Part shown: positions 18,756-26,774 of the stretch, piece after piece
How the letters are laid out: every line of letters begins with the position of its first letter
Numbering within the stretch: position 1 is the stretch's first letter
IMG/VR virus record: IMGVR_UViG_3300032233_000641
Span: 1 to 42,736 of that record
Reading direction: 5' to 3' (one strand)
Origin: a virus
Lineage: Duplodnaviria; Caudoviricetes
DNA length: 42,736 bases
Program-made: the position numbers and the translations under genes
Notes under the pieces: generated by a model
Seen by the model: the letters and a program-made list of their open reading frames with translations, nothing else
Database searches by the model: none
Told to the model about the DNA's origin: nothing

Positions 18756-19547
18756 CTATTGAAGTTTATGGCTCTTGTCTTTAGCCCACACTAGGTAAGG
18801 CATTCTGACGACTCTTCTTTCGCTTTTCGGGATCTCTTGAATTCTCTGATTAAACTCTGCTAATGAGAATGTCTTCCTAAATGAGATTGGCCGCTTTGTT
18901 GCAACTGCAATCATTACTTCGCCTGCTATGTTCCCGTTAACTTTAACCTTTGGGAAAGTAGCCCAAAGAACTAATGGAAGATCAGGAAGCTCTACTTTGC
19001 TAGTAATTACTTCTTCAAACTGATACAGGAACTGCACTTGCTCATGACGCTCTAAGTACGGTGAAAAGTAAAACAGGTTTAAAAACATTGGTTGGGTTGG
19101 ATTGACTATTACTTTGAATAGCTCACCTTCCCGTAATTGAGTTTTAGATACCCGTATTTCTGGGTCAAACCCAATGTCAGACTTCCCACTGTCTTTAGTA
19201 AGAGCAACCTCAACAGCAACTTTACAAGACCGTATGCTTGATCCTGACACCTCTGTACTCAACTTTCGCAGGCCAGTCACCATGCCCTCTGTGTATGACG
19301 TAGACGAGATCAGCATTTGGCATACTTCCTCGCTTGCTTCATTACACAGCTGGTATTGAGACGTTGATACAGCTTCGCCTGCTACTTGTCTTACTACGCT
19401 AAAGATCGCTTTATTCTCTGCAGCCATACACGCAGCACGTTCCGACACGTCAGGGCCAAATGATTCTATTGCTTCCCCTCGATGCCACTCTGGTTGCGAT
19501 GTAGATGTAATCAGGCTAAACAGAAGTGACAGTATTTGTTTTTCCAT
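18756..19547 (-). CDS. putative secreted protein, C-terminal DUF4384-like domain
   Basis: Short hydrophobic N-terminus, four Cys in N-half, C-terminal LREGE.F.V.V......FL.LFY pattern. Confidence 0.5.
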   Translation of the reverse strand: MEKQILSLLFSLITSTSQPEWHRGEAIESFGPDVSERAACMAAENKAIFSVVRQVAGEAVSTSQYQLCNEASEEVCQMLISSTSYTEGMVTGLRKLSTEVSGSSIRSCKVAVEVALTKDSGKSDIGFDPEIRVSKTQLREGELFKVIVNPTQPMFLNLFYFSPYLERHEQVQFLYQFEEVITSKVELPDLPLVLWATFPKVKVNGNIAGEVMIAVATKRPISFRKTFSLAEFNQRIQEIPKSERRVVRMPYLVWAKDKSHKLQ

Positions 19548-19755
19548 TTTCGCTAATAAATTCTTTAATATCCGCTATGGTCATTCCAGTCTTCTCATGA
19601 ATCAGAATCATGATGTCACCACTAATACCAACAACACCATGTCTAATCTTGCTAAGCGCTGGGGGGCTAATCCCCAAAGCAGCACACAATTGTCTGTCGG
19701 ATAGAATGTTGTATTCAGTCTTTAAGAAATCAAACAACGCATGCGCTGGGGCCAT
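19516..19755 (-). CDS. Cro/CI-type HTH protein
   Basis: SDRQLCAALGISPPALSKIRHG helix-turn-helix. Confidence 0.8.
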   Translation of the reverse strand: MAPAHALFDFLKTEYNILSDRQLCAALGISPPALSKIRHGVVGISGDIMILIHEKTGMTIADIKEFISENGKTNTVTSV

Positions 19756-19764
19756 TACAGTCTC

Positions 19765-20397
19765 CTAAAAATCAATATCATCTAATGTGTCATCAAAAGA
19801 TTGATCTTTAACCTTACCCTTTTTACGTTGCCATTCAGGGCTGTTGCCGATCTTCTCTTTAAGCTTGGCACCGAAGGTTTCAAACATTGGCATGTCTGGG
19901 TCTTCAATACTAAAAAGCTTTGCATCGTTATGGGGATCAGGTAAGCCTGCTTTCTTGATGTTTGCAGGCACTGGGTTGATGTTGTTGATGTTGGTGTATT
20001 CCTTGCCATCATGACCTATAGACTTAGCTACAGAGATCATTGCCCAGACGCCTAAGAGCTTCTTCAACTCAAAGCCTTTGCGCTCGTCTGCAGTAAAGGC
20101 CGAGCCTCTCCATGACTCTAGGTCAAGGGATAGGTTAGCCTTCTCATTCAAAGACAAGGTGTAGTTCTTAGATATAGACAGTGGCTCACCCTTGTCAGTC
20201 AACAGTGGGTTGCCATCGTCATCAATAGAATGAACTTCAAACTGAACCATAATCTTTCGCAAGTGTTTCTCTTGACCCATGTACGTAGATTTTTGCGTAC
20301 CCATGTCAATGATCCGATAACACCGTGCTAAGTGAAGACCGGGTGGAACAGGGGTAAACGACCCGCCGCTAGATTCTGCTTTCGCTATAAGACTCAT
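19765..20397 (-). CDS. single-stranded DNA-binding protein-like
   Basis: F.PVPPG.H.ARC..IID.GTQ N-terminus; acidic aromatic tail DDTLDDIDF. Confidence 0.65.
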   Translation of the reverse strand: MSLIAKAESSGGSFTPVPPGLHLARCYRIIDMGTQKSTYMGQEKHLRKIMVQFEVHSIDDDGNPLLTDKGEPLSISKNYTLSLNEKANLSLDLESWRGSAFTADERKGFELKKLLGVWAMISVAKSIGHDGKEYTNINNINPVPANIKKAGLPDPHNDAKLFSIEDPDMPMFETFGAKLKEKIGNSPEWQRKKGKVKDQSFDDTLDDIDF

Positions 20398-20545
20398 TTG
20401 TTTTCCTTTGTAGGGCTTTCAGACCACATTCATAATAGATGACAGCCCAATCGTCATCTGTGGCCATATGATTCACTGCACGCCGTAGCGCTTCTTCTAG
20501 TTGCTGCTGTCGCTCTAAATTCGCTTGATGATATTCGCTGTCCAT
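20369..20545 (-). CDS. hypothetical protein (58 aa)
   Basis: GAGG RBS; MDSEYHQANLERQQQLEEALRRA...ECGL. Confidence 0.65.
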   Translation of the reverse strand: MDSEYHQANLERQQQLEEALRRAVNHMATDDDWAVIYYECGLKALQRKTNESYSESRI

Positions 20546-20552
20546 AAATTCC

Positions 20553-20780
20553 TCAATTTTTAGTTATTAACATAAGAGCAAAAAGAAAACCACATACCGC
20601 TAACATAGTTCCTATACGTCTAAGCTTTTCACGACGGATAGAACCTTGGTCATTAAGTATTGCTAACTGAATAATCTCCATGTCATACGTTAAGTCTTTT
20701 GTAGGTTTCTTCTCGTAGTAACTGCCGATCTTGATGCCAGCCTTAGTTACGTAATATTTAACCTCGTTCTTTTTCTCCAT
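20553..20780 (-). CDS. small membrane protein, first gene of leftward operon
   Basis: AAGGAGGAG RBS; YVTKAGIKIG..Y motif; C-terminal TM. Confidence 0.7.
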   Translation of the reverse strand: MEKKNEVKYYVTKAGIKIGSYYEKKPTKDLTYDMEIIQLAILNDQGSIRREKLRRIGTMLAVCGFLFALMLITKN

Positions 20781-20806
20781 TGTGTAACTCCTCCTTAATT
20801 TTTTGC

Positions 20807-20835
20807 ATCTTATATCATTTAATTTGCACTTACAA
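20807..20835 (-). promoter_or_regulatory. leftward sigma70-like promoter
   Basis: TTGTAA-17 bp-TAAGAT on minus strand. Confidence 0.6.
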
Positions 20836-20839
20836 TACC

Positions 20840-20879
20840 TTGCGTTAAAAATTCTGTCATGGTTTAATATGGCATTAAC
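20840..20879 (+). promoter_or_regulatory. rightward sigma70-like promoter with operator palindrome
   Basis: TTGCGT-17 bp-TTTAAT with TG extension; TTTAAT-N5-ATTAAC at 20863-20879. Confidence 0.65.
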
Positions 20880-20891
20880 GAAAGGTTTGTT

Positions 20892-21095
20892 ATGAATTTA
20901 AACGATTTTTTTACTGAACAACCTCATGGGTCGAAAGCAGCTATGGCTAAAACCTTGGGAATAAGTAAAACTTGGCTTAGCCTAATTATTGCTGGGAAAA
21001 AATTGCCTTCGCCTGCATTGGCTAGGGCTATTTCGGAATATACCAAACGTAAGGTCAGCCGCAAGATTTTACGACCAGACATATTTGGAGTATGA
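20892..21095 (+). CDS. Cro/YdaS-like HTH regulator
   Basis: SKAAMAKTLGISKTWLS HTH and LRPDIF C-terminus. Confidence 0.85.
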   Translation: MNLNDFFTEQPHGSKAAMAKTLGISKTWLSLIIAGKKLPSPALARAISEYTKRKVSRKILRPDIFGV

Positions 21096-21096
21096 T
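21068..21096 (+). promoter_or_regulatory. promoter in 3' end of cro-like gene
   Basis: TTTACG-17 bp-TATGAT directly before structured leader. Confidence 0.5.
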
Positions 21097-21099
21097 CAA

Positions 21100-21159
21100 T
21101 GGGACTAGCTAGAGTAGCTCTCGAAAAGCCGACCTTCGTCACCGGCCTGCATAGTCCCA
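21100..21159 (+). ncRNA. branched RNA leader, C4/CI-antisense-like
   Basis: Outer stem TGGGACTA/TAGTCCCA with two inner hairpins; loop TCGTCAC complementary to downstream GTGACGA. Confidence 0.6.
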
Positions 21160-21196
21160 CCCTATTTAAGTGACGAGAACCTCAGGCGAGGGTCTT

Positions 21197-21880
21197 ATGC
21201 ATTACTACCAGTTCCACATTGGCGACTATAGGTCAGCCACATCCCATTTAAGTAACGAAGAAGACTTAGCATATAGGCGTTTGCTCGATATGTACTATGA
21301 CACTGAGCAACTAATACCGCTGGATATCCAGTGGGTATCCCGTAGGTTACGCTTAGGTTCTGAAGTTGTGCAAACCGTGTTGAATGACATGTTTGAGTGT
21401 ACTGAAAATGGGTATAGGAATAAGCGTGCTGATGACGAAATATTGGCTTATCAGGCATACTTGCTTAAACAGAAACTCAACGGAAAGCTAGGTGGCAGGC
21501 CGAAGAAAAGCCAAGCTAAACCCACCGCTAACCCAAGCCTAAGCCAAGAAGAACCCAAAAAAAGCCTAACCACTAACCATAAACCAATAACCAATAAAGA
21601 CATTACGTCAGCTGACGCCGACTTCGAAAAGTTTTGGGAAGTTTGGCCTTCAAGTCAAAGGAAGGTGGCAAAACAAAAGTGCTTGGCAATTTGGAAACAA
21701 AAGAAGTTGTCTCAAAAGACTGACCAAATCATTGCTCACGTAAAGTCTTTGAAGTCTACGAAGCAATGGACTGATGGCTACGATCCAGCTCCGCTGACTT
21801 ATCTTAACCAAGGTCGTTACGACGATGGTATTCCTGATGCTGCTAACGAGACTAAGGCTATGGGGGTCAAAATTCTATGA
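21197..21880 (+). CDS. replication initiator, DUF1376/YdaU-like
   Basis: MHYYQFHIGDY...T.HLS..E..AY.RLLD.YY; GKLGGRP; FEKFW..WP and P.TYLNQ.R C-terminal domain. Confidence 0.85.
   Translation: MHYYQFHIGDYRSATSHLSNEEDLAYRRLLDMYYDTEQLIPLDIQWVSRRLRLGSEVVQTVLNDMFECTENGYRNKRADDEILAYQAYLLKQKLNGKLGGRPKKSQAKPTANPSLSQEEPKKSLTTNHKPITNKDITSADADFEKFWEVWPSSQRKVAKQKCLAIWKQKKLSQKTDQIIAHVKSLKSTKQWTDGYDPAPLTYLNQGRYDDGIPDAANETKAMGVKIL
21508..21598 (+). repeat. iteron-like origin of replication inside initiator gene
   Basis: Five tandem 11-mers (AA(G/C)CCAnnnnn) then four 7-mers (WAACCAH). Confidence 0.7.
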
Positions 21881-22308
21881 GCGCTTTAGAAACCCTGTTG
21901 TCTCGGCTGACTAAGGTCAAAGGTAAGCGTGACTCGTGGACTGCCTGCTGCCCTGCCCACGAAGACAAAAGCCCTAGCCTTGCCATACGCCAGATTGATG
22001 ACGGTCGAATCCTGATGCATTGCTTTGCGGATTGCTCTATCCAAAGCATCATGGCAGCTGTTGGGATGGACGTAGGTGACCTGTTCCCGCCTGACGAAAA
22101 ACGACAGCTGTACAGTGATCCTATGAAGCCTCTGAAGGTTTCTTTTTACGCAACCGATTTGATGCGGATTATTCATTTTGAGTCAACCATTTTGCAGATT
22201 GCAGCCTTTGACGTAAGCGAAGGCAAGAGTCTGTCTGATACTGACCGTCAGCGTGTCAGATTAGCTCACGAACGAATTACGGAGGCTATGCGTTATGGCA
22301 ACGTCTAA
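21877..22308 (+). CDS. primase zinc-binding-domain protein (no TOPRIM)
   Basis: CCPAHEDKSPSL...HCFADC zinc finger. Confidence 0.8.
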   Translation: MSALETLLSRLTKVKGKRDSWTACCPAHEDKSPSLAIRQIDDGRILMHCFADCSIQSIMAAVGMDVGDLFPPDEKRQLYSDPMKPLKVSFYATDLMRIIHFESTILQIAAFDVSEGKSLSDTDRQRVRLAHERITEAMRYGNV

Positions 22309-23311
22309 TCTAACTTTCATCGAGGAAAGAGCTAAGGCTCTTGACGAAGAGCGCCGCCTGCGGATTGTAAAGTCTCAGGATATTGATGTTGAGAAATATT
22401 TAAAGACTAACGATATTACGCATCAGGTACATGAGCCAAACCACTGGCTGCAGGAAATGATCAACCAGTTTGATCAGCCTGAGCGCAAAGAATCTTTAGG
22501 TTACTTATGCTGGGGCAAAACTAATGATGACTTCCAATATCGTTTGGGTGAGGTAACGATTTATGCTGGCACCAATGGCGGTGGCAAGTCGTTAGTCACT
22601 GGGCAGATTGCTCTTGGGTTGATTAAGCAGAACAAAAAGGTTTGTATTGCCAGCTTTGAGATGAAGCCCATGCAAACTCTTAACCGTATGCTTCGTCAGT
22701 TTTCAGGGACTAACTTTGATAACCCGTATAAGAAAACTTCAAAGCCTGAGTTTCAGATTATTGCTGACAGGTTTTTAGGATTTTCTAATGAAAAGCTGTG
22801 GCTATACGATCAACAAGGAACGACTAATGCTCAGCAAGTAATTGCAATGACTAGGTACGTTGCGGTTGAGCTTGGTGTGACTCACGTATTTATTGATAGT
22901 CTGATGAAGTGCGTGGCTGCTGAAGATGCATACAACGATCAAAAGTATTTTATTGATGAGCTGTGTGCAGTTGCTCGTGATCACAATATCCACATTCACT
23001 TAGTCCATCACATTAGAAAGTTGGGCAGTGAAGAGAATATGCCAAGTAAAACAGACATCAAAGGCACTGGTGCAATCACAGACCAAGTAGACAATGTGTT
23101 CTTGGTGTACAGAAACAAAAAGAAAGAGCATGACATACAGGCTGGGAAGATGATTAGTGATGATGTACCTGACATGTATTTGATGTGTGAGAAGCAAAGG
23201 AACGGTGAGTTTGAGGGGTGGATTTCTTTGTGGTACAACGGTGAAAGTCAGCAGTTTGTAGAAAGATTTGGTGGTGTGCCGATGGCGTTTGATCAGACGG
23301 GGGAATTTTGA
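22295..23311 (+). CDS. SF4 (DnaB/T7 gp4-like) helicase
   Basis: Walker A GTNGGGKS; SFEM; FIDSL; HLVHH.RK; IKGTGAI; EKQRNG. Confidence 0.9.
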   Translation: MATSNLTFIEERAKALDEERRLRIVKSQDIDVEKYLKTNDITHQVHEPNHWLQEMINQFDQPERKESLGYLCWGKTNDDFQYRLGEVTIYAGTNGGGKSLVTGQIALGLIKQNKKVCIASFEMKPMQTLNRMLRQFSGTNFDNPYKKTSKPEFQIIADRFLGFSNEKLWLYDQQGTTNAQQVIAMTRYVAVELGVTHVFIDSLMKCVAAEDAYNDQKYFIDELCAVARDHNIHIHLVHHIRKLGSEENMPSKTDIKGTGAITDQVDNVFLVYRNKKKEHDIQAGKMISDDVPDMYLMCEKQRNGEFEGWISLWYNGESQQFVERFGGVPMAFDQTGEF

Positions 23312-23532
23312 ATGACATTGAACAACACAAATACAGATGCCTTGTCAGAGAAGTTATCCGTATGCGAATCAGAAGTAGGGATGAGGCACATAAGTTTTTG
23401 GCTGGCTGGGTTCGACCTGATGGAAGTTGGGCCAAGGGTTGGAACGAGCTGCATCCTAGAAGTACGCTTGAATCAGATGTTAAGCAACAATGGAAACTTG
23501 GCAATCGTGGAGAAGACGGAGACTGGAAATGA
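23308..23532 (+). CDS. hypothetical protein
   Basis: HKYRCLVR...QWKLGNRG..GDW; coupled to helicase. Confidence 0.65.
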   Translation: MNDIEQHKYRCLVREVIRMRIRSRDEAHKFLAGWVRPDGSWAKGWNELHPRSTLESDVKQQWKLGNRGEDGDWK

Positions 23533-23777
23533 GTGAATTAAGTAATTTTCAAAAGAATTTTTTAGCAGGCAGTGGCCATGTAGAAGTGTTCACCCAAAAA
23601 GAGTTTGATGAAGCTTTGACGTTAGCCAGAGCTGAGATCATGACTGTAGCTATACAGACCACAAAGCAAGCTATTTTGATTGAGCGTGAAGAGTGCGCCA
23701 AATTAGCTGATGAATGCGTTGACATAGAAAAACTGGGCGATGCAATTCGTAATCGCATACCAGCACAACGCCAGTGA
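23529..23777 (+). CDS. hypothetical protein (EREACA family)
   Basis: EREECAKLAD...AIRNR; ATGA overlap. Confidence 0.7.
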   Translation: MSELSNFQKNFLAGSGHVEVFTQKEFDEALTLARAEIMTVAIQTTKQAILIEREECAKLADECVDIEKLGDAIRNRIPAQRQ

Positions 23778-24232
23778 TCTGGATCGGTATTGACCCCGGC
23801 TTACGGTCTGGAGCAATAGCTTCAATAGACCATAACGGGGGGTTTGTTGCGGCTCATGACATTCTTGCTGATGGCGATAAGATTGACGTCAAAGCTTTGA
23901 AAGAGCAGATCTATCGCATAACAGTACCGGGTGATAGTTTTGCTATATGCATTGAGCATGTAGGTGTAAGACCGGGGCAGGGAATATCTAGCTCAGGTAA
24001 ATTTATGAGGGCGTTTGGTGCCATTGAAGCTGTAGCTGCATTGTTGTCTGACAGAGTTGATATGGTGTTACCGCAGGCATGGAAAAAAGTTATGGGTGTG
24101 ACTGCGGAGAAAGAGAAGTCTTTGGTTATGGCAAGAAATTTATTCCCTGATGCGATGTTAAAGTTAAAGAAGCATCATGGAAGAGCCGAGGCTTTATTGA
24201 TAGCGGAGTATGCAAGGAGGACATTCGGATAA
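23774..24232 (+). CDS. RuvC-like Holliday junction resolvase
   Basis: IGIDPG, IE, F...FG, P..WKK and AEALLIA motifs. Confidence 0.85.
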   Translation: MIWIGIDPGLRSGAIASIDHNGGFVAAHDILADGDKIDVKALKEQIYRITVPGDSFAICIEHVGVRPGQGISSSGKFMRAFGAIEAVAALLSDRVDMVLPQAWKKVMGVTAEKEKSLVMARNLFPDAMLKLKKHHGRAEALLIAEYARRTFG

Positions 24233-24405
24233 TGGAAAATGATGAGATGAGATGTATGTTTGCTGCGTTTGCTTTACAGGGGCTAATGTCTTCTGTTGAC
24301 CCTGAGATACTTGATAGTGAGCCCAACAGACGATTCATTGCGGAGGCTGCGTTTGATATGGCTGACATGATGATGGGGGTCAAGAATGTTACAGCAAGAC
24401 ATTAG
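24232..24405 (+). CDS. small phage protein, LRDYFAA-like
   Basis: MRCMFAAFALQGL...AEAAFDMADMMM; AGGAGG RBS. Confidence 0.7.
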   Translation: MENDEMRCMFAAFALQGLMSSVDPEILDSEPNRRFIAEAAFDMADMMMGVKNVTARH

Positions 24406-24571
24406 CATTTACGAAGCGTTCATGCGAGGTGACTCTGTAGGGTCGTTGGCCAAGCGTTTTAAATTAGATAAATCACAAATAAAAAAGGTAATCAATCGTG
24501 TTGGAACAGAAAGAAACTCCACAAAACCCGAGGTTTTGCACGAACTGCATGCAGCGCAAGCCAATACTTAA
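24386..24571 (+). CDS. small HTH (Mor-like) protein
   Basis: IYEAF..G.SV..LA.RF.L..SQI..VI. Confidence 0.55.
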   Translation: MLQQDISIYEAFMRGDSVGSLAKRFKLDKSQIKKVINRVGTERNSTKPEVLHELHAAQANT

Positions 24572-24677
24572 CGGGACATACAAGGTATTCGACAATGGGA
24601 ACAGACAGAGATGGATTTGCGAGAAATGCTCGCTTAGAAAAGGCAAGACCCACATCGTCAGAAAGACTGGAATTTAA
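24498..24677 (+). CDS. zinc-ribbon mini-protein
   Basis: RFCTNC...RWICEKC in a frame overlapping both neighbours. Confidence 0.55.
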   Translation: MLEQKETPQNPRFCTNCMQRKPILNGTYKVFDNGNRQRWICEKCSLRKGKTHIVRKTGI

Positions 24678-24771
24678 ACTGACGTTGTTGGCTTTGGCTG
24701 TAGTTCTTGGGGCATTTTCTGCTTTAGCGATTATTGGCGTATCTATGATTTTATGGCGAATTTGGGGGTAA
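24595..24771 (+). CDS. small single-TM protein
   Basis: ...LTLLALAVVLGAFSALAIIGVSMILWRIWG*. Confidence 0.5.
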   Translation: MGTDRDGFARNARLEKARPTSSERLEFKLTLLALAVVLGAFSALAIIGVSMILWRIWG

Positions 24772-24773
24772 CT

Positions 24774-25109
24774 ATGAGCGAACGAGAGATTGATCCACAG
24801 AAGGCAGTAGATTTTATTCGTGACCACGGGGCTAAGCTGGCACATGCTAAGGCAACTCGGATATACATTGAAGAGTTCCGTAAATCTAAGAAAGCGTTGC
24901 TAATGAAGCAATCCTTAGAGACTGCAGTTAACGCCCAAGAACGGGACGCCTACAGCCACCCAGAATACCTACAGCTTTTAAATGACCTCAGGGCTGCCGT
25001 AGAGGCCGAGGAAGCGCTCAAATGGCACATGGTGGCAGCGGAGGCACGCATCGAGGTTTGGAGGTCACAGGAAGCCTCTAATCGAGCCGAATACAGGGCT
25101 ACGATTTGA
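24774..25109 (+). CDS. conserved coiled-coil phage protein
   Basis: AQERDAYSHPEY...IEVWRSQEASNR. Confidence 0.7.
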   Translation: MSEREIDPQKAVDFIRDHGAKLAHAKATRIYIEEFRKSKKALLMKQSLETAVNAQERDAYSHPEYLQLLNDLRAAVEAEEALKWHMVAAEARIEVWRSQEASNRAEYRATI

Positions 25110-25399
25110 ACAACAAACTCACAGCATCTGAAAAAAAGCATCTGGGGCGGGTCAAGAGCCTGCCTTGTTCCGTTTGTAATGCCCCTCCCCCGAGCTCAGC
25201 TCACCACGTTAAACAGCACCAGCAATACACGGCTGTAGCTCTTTGTTACGACTGCCACCAAGGGTCAATGATGGGATGGCACGGTAACCGCAGGGCATGG
25301 GCTATACGGAAGATGGACGAGCTAGATGCCTTAAATGTAACTATCCAGCGTTTACTGTGTGATGGGCTGTCAATTGAAAAAGATGAAAATATATTTTAA
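25106..25399 (+). CDS. HNH-like zinc protein (DUF968/YbcO-like)
   Basis: LPCSVC...AHH...LCYDCHQG...WHG. Confidence 0.7.
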   Translation: MNNKLTASEKKHLGRVKSLPCSVCNAPPPSSAHHVKQHQQYTAVALCYDCHQGSMMGWHGNRRAWAIRKMDELDALNVTIQRLLCDGLSIEKDENIF

Positions 25400-25402
25400 A
25401 AA

Positions 25403-25479
25403 GGGGTTGACACACCGTTTAATAATAAATTAAAGTATCACTACTGCGACGTGCAGGACAGCGAAAAGGAAGCGACACC
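25403..25479 (+). promoter_or_regulatory. promoter-operator-leader cassette 1
   Basis: GGGGTTGACA, TTTAAT-N5-ATTAAA, hairpin CTGC/GCAG, GACAGCGAA, AGGA..ACACC-ATG. Confidence 0.7.
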
Positions 25480-25767
25480 ATGAATAACGATCTAAACACA
25501 GTAGACACACTCGGCGCACTCTTGGCACAGATTGCTGACTTAACTAAGCAAGCTGACGCAATCAAAGATGGCTTCAAAGATTCAGCTACTGCACCTAACG
25601 GCAGCAAAGTATTCGAGGGCGACATGTTCAAAGCCACTGTTATCGAAGCTAACCGCGCCACAGTCAATTACAAAAAACTTTTAGCAGACCTCGGTGTTAC
25701 TGAAGACACAGTAGCTCAGTACACAAGCACATCTGCAGTCTTCTCAGTCAAAGTAACTTCACGTTAA
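25480..25767 (+). CDS. hypothetical early protein
   Basis: VD.LG.LLAQIA.L...A..IK; strong RBS. Confidence 0.75.
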   Translation: MNNDLNTVDTLGALLAQIADLTKQADAIKDGFKDSATAPNGSKVFEGDMFKATVIEANRATVNYKKLLADLGVTEDTVAQYTSTSAVFSVKVTSR

Positions 25768-25773
25768 TTACAA

Positions 25774-25787
25774 GGGGCTTCGGCCCC
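25774..25787 (+). other. GC hairpin with UUCG loop, no U-tract
   Basis: GGGGC-TTCG-GCCCC after stop. Confidence 0.6.
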
Positions 25788-25799
25788 AAGGGGGCAGTA

Positions 25800-26030
25800 A
25801 TGAATCGCAAAGACATTATTCGCGTATTTATGGACGCGGATGGCCACATGAACGATTTTAATGGTGGCATAGAAATTAGTTGGGACAACCTTATGAAAGG
25901 CGCTATGCAATTGATTGAAGCAGAACGAGAAGCGTGTGCAAAGTTGTGTGAGGAAATGGCTAGTTGGCACGGAGACTTAGTTACTGCTGCATACGACTCC
26001 GCTGCTGATGCAATACGCAAAAGGGGGTAG
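25800..26030 (+). CDS. hypothetical protein (EREACA family)
   Basis: EAEREACAKLCEE...AADAIRKRG. Confidence 0.75.
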   Translation: MNRKDIIRVFMDADGHMNDFNGGIEISWDNLMKGAMQLIEAEREACAKLCEEMASWHGDLVTAAYDSAADAIRKRG

Positions 26031-26032
26031 GA

Positions 26033-26203
26033 ATGACTGATCGCGAATTATTTAAAATGGCTTTGGCTGCGCTGGAAGCTGCGTATCACCCTGACACAAA
26101 GGCTGGGGAAGTGATGGAAGCGATCAGCGCCAGATTAGCTGAAGATGAAATAACACCTGACGGTTACTACAAAGTCGCTGCGTGGATAAAGGAGAAGCCA
26201 TGA
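26033..26203 (+). CDS. hypothetical protein (56 aa)
   Basis: MTDRELFKMALAALE...; ATGA coupling. Confidence 0.65.
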   Translation: MTDRELFKMALAALEAAYHPDTKAGEVMEAISARLAEDEITPDGYYKVAAWIKEKP

Positions 26204-26343
26204 AAGATTACTCAGACTACGAAACACAACGCGCAATTCTGCTTGAGTATATGCAAGTCATGATAGCTCGGGGTGATTGGCACGGGGTATCAGATGCCGC
26301 CAATGATCTACGTGTACTTGAGGCTGAGGAGAAGAATCCATGA
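26200..26343 (+). CDS. hypothetical protein (47 aa)
   Basis: ...ARGDWHGVSDAANDLRVLEAE; ATGA coupling both sides. Confidence 0.65.
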   Translation: MKDYSDYETQRAILLEYMQVMIARGDWHGVSDAANDLRVLEAEEKNP

Positions 26344-26774
26344 GCAAAGAAAGTAAGTTTTGCGAATGCTGTGGGGCTAAAACCGTTAGGTACAGGCATT
26401 CTTTCAGCAAGCCATTAGCTATGGGCTTGTATAGACTTTATGAATCAGGTGGAGGGCCAATTAACCTAAAGCATATTGGGTTGACTAGATACCAGTGGAC
26501 TAACTTCCAAAAGCTAAGGTACTGGGGTTTAGTGGCTCCAGCACATCGTGAAGATGGGACAAGAATAGATGGGGAATGGATCATTACGCCCGAAGGCAAA
26601 AGATTTATTGATCTAGGTACTGCTATTCAAAAGGGTGTTTGGACGTATAGAGGGGAAGCGGTAGAGTTTGATGGGAATACTTGCTTCTTTCTTGACATGC
26701 ATGACCCAACCTATAAAAAGCGCCCTGAGTATTGGGCAGAGGCTATTGCGGCACAGGGGGATAACTATGATTGA
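26340..26774 (+). CDS. hypothetical protein, CxxC plus winged-helix-like
   Basis: FCECCG; FQKLRYWGLV...W.IT..G..F. Confidence 0.6.
   Translation: MSKESKFCECCGAKTVRYRHSFSKPLAMGLYRLYESGGGPINLKHIGLTRYQWTNFQKLRYWGLVAPAHREDGTRIDGEWIITPEGKRFIDLGTAIQKGVWTYRGEAVEFDGNTCFFLDMHDPTYKKRPEYWAEAIAAQGDNYD

Noticed and set aside
25774-25787. Intrinsic terminator call for GGGGC-TTCG-GCCCC (and 28608-28622)
   Set aside because: No U-tract on the coding strand and genes continue directly; treated as stabilising or processing hairpins
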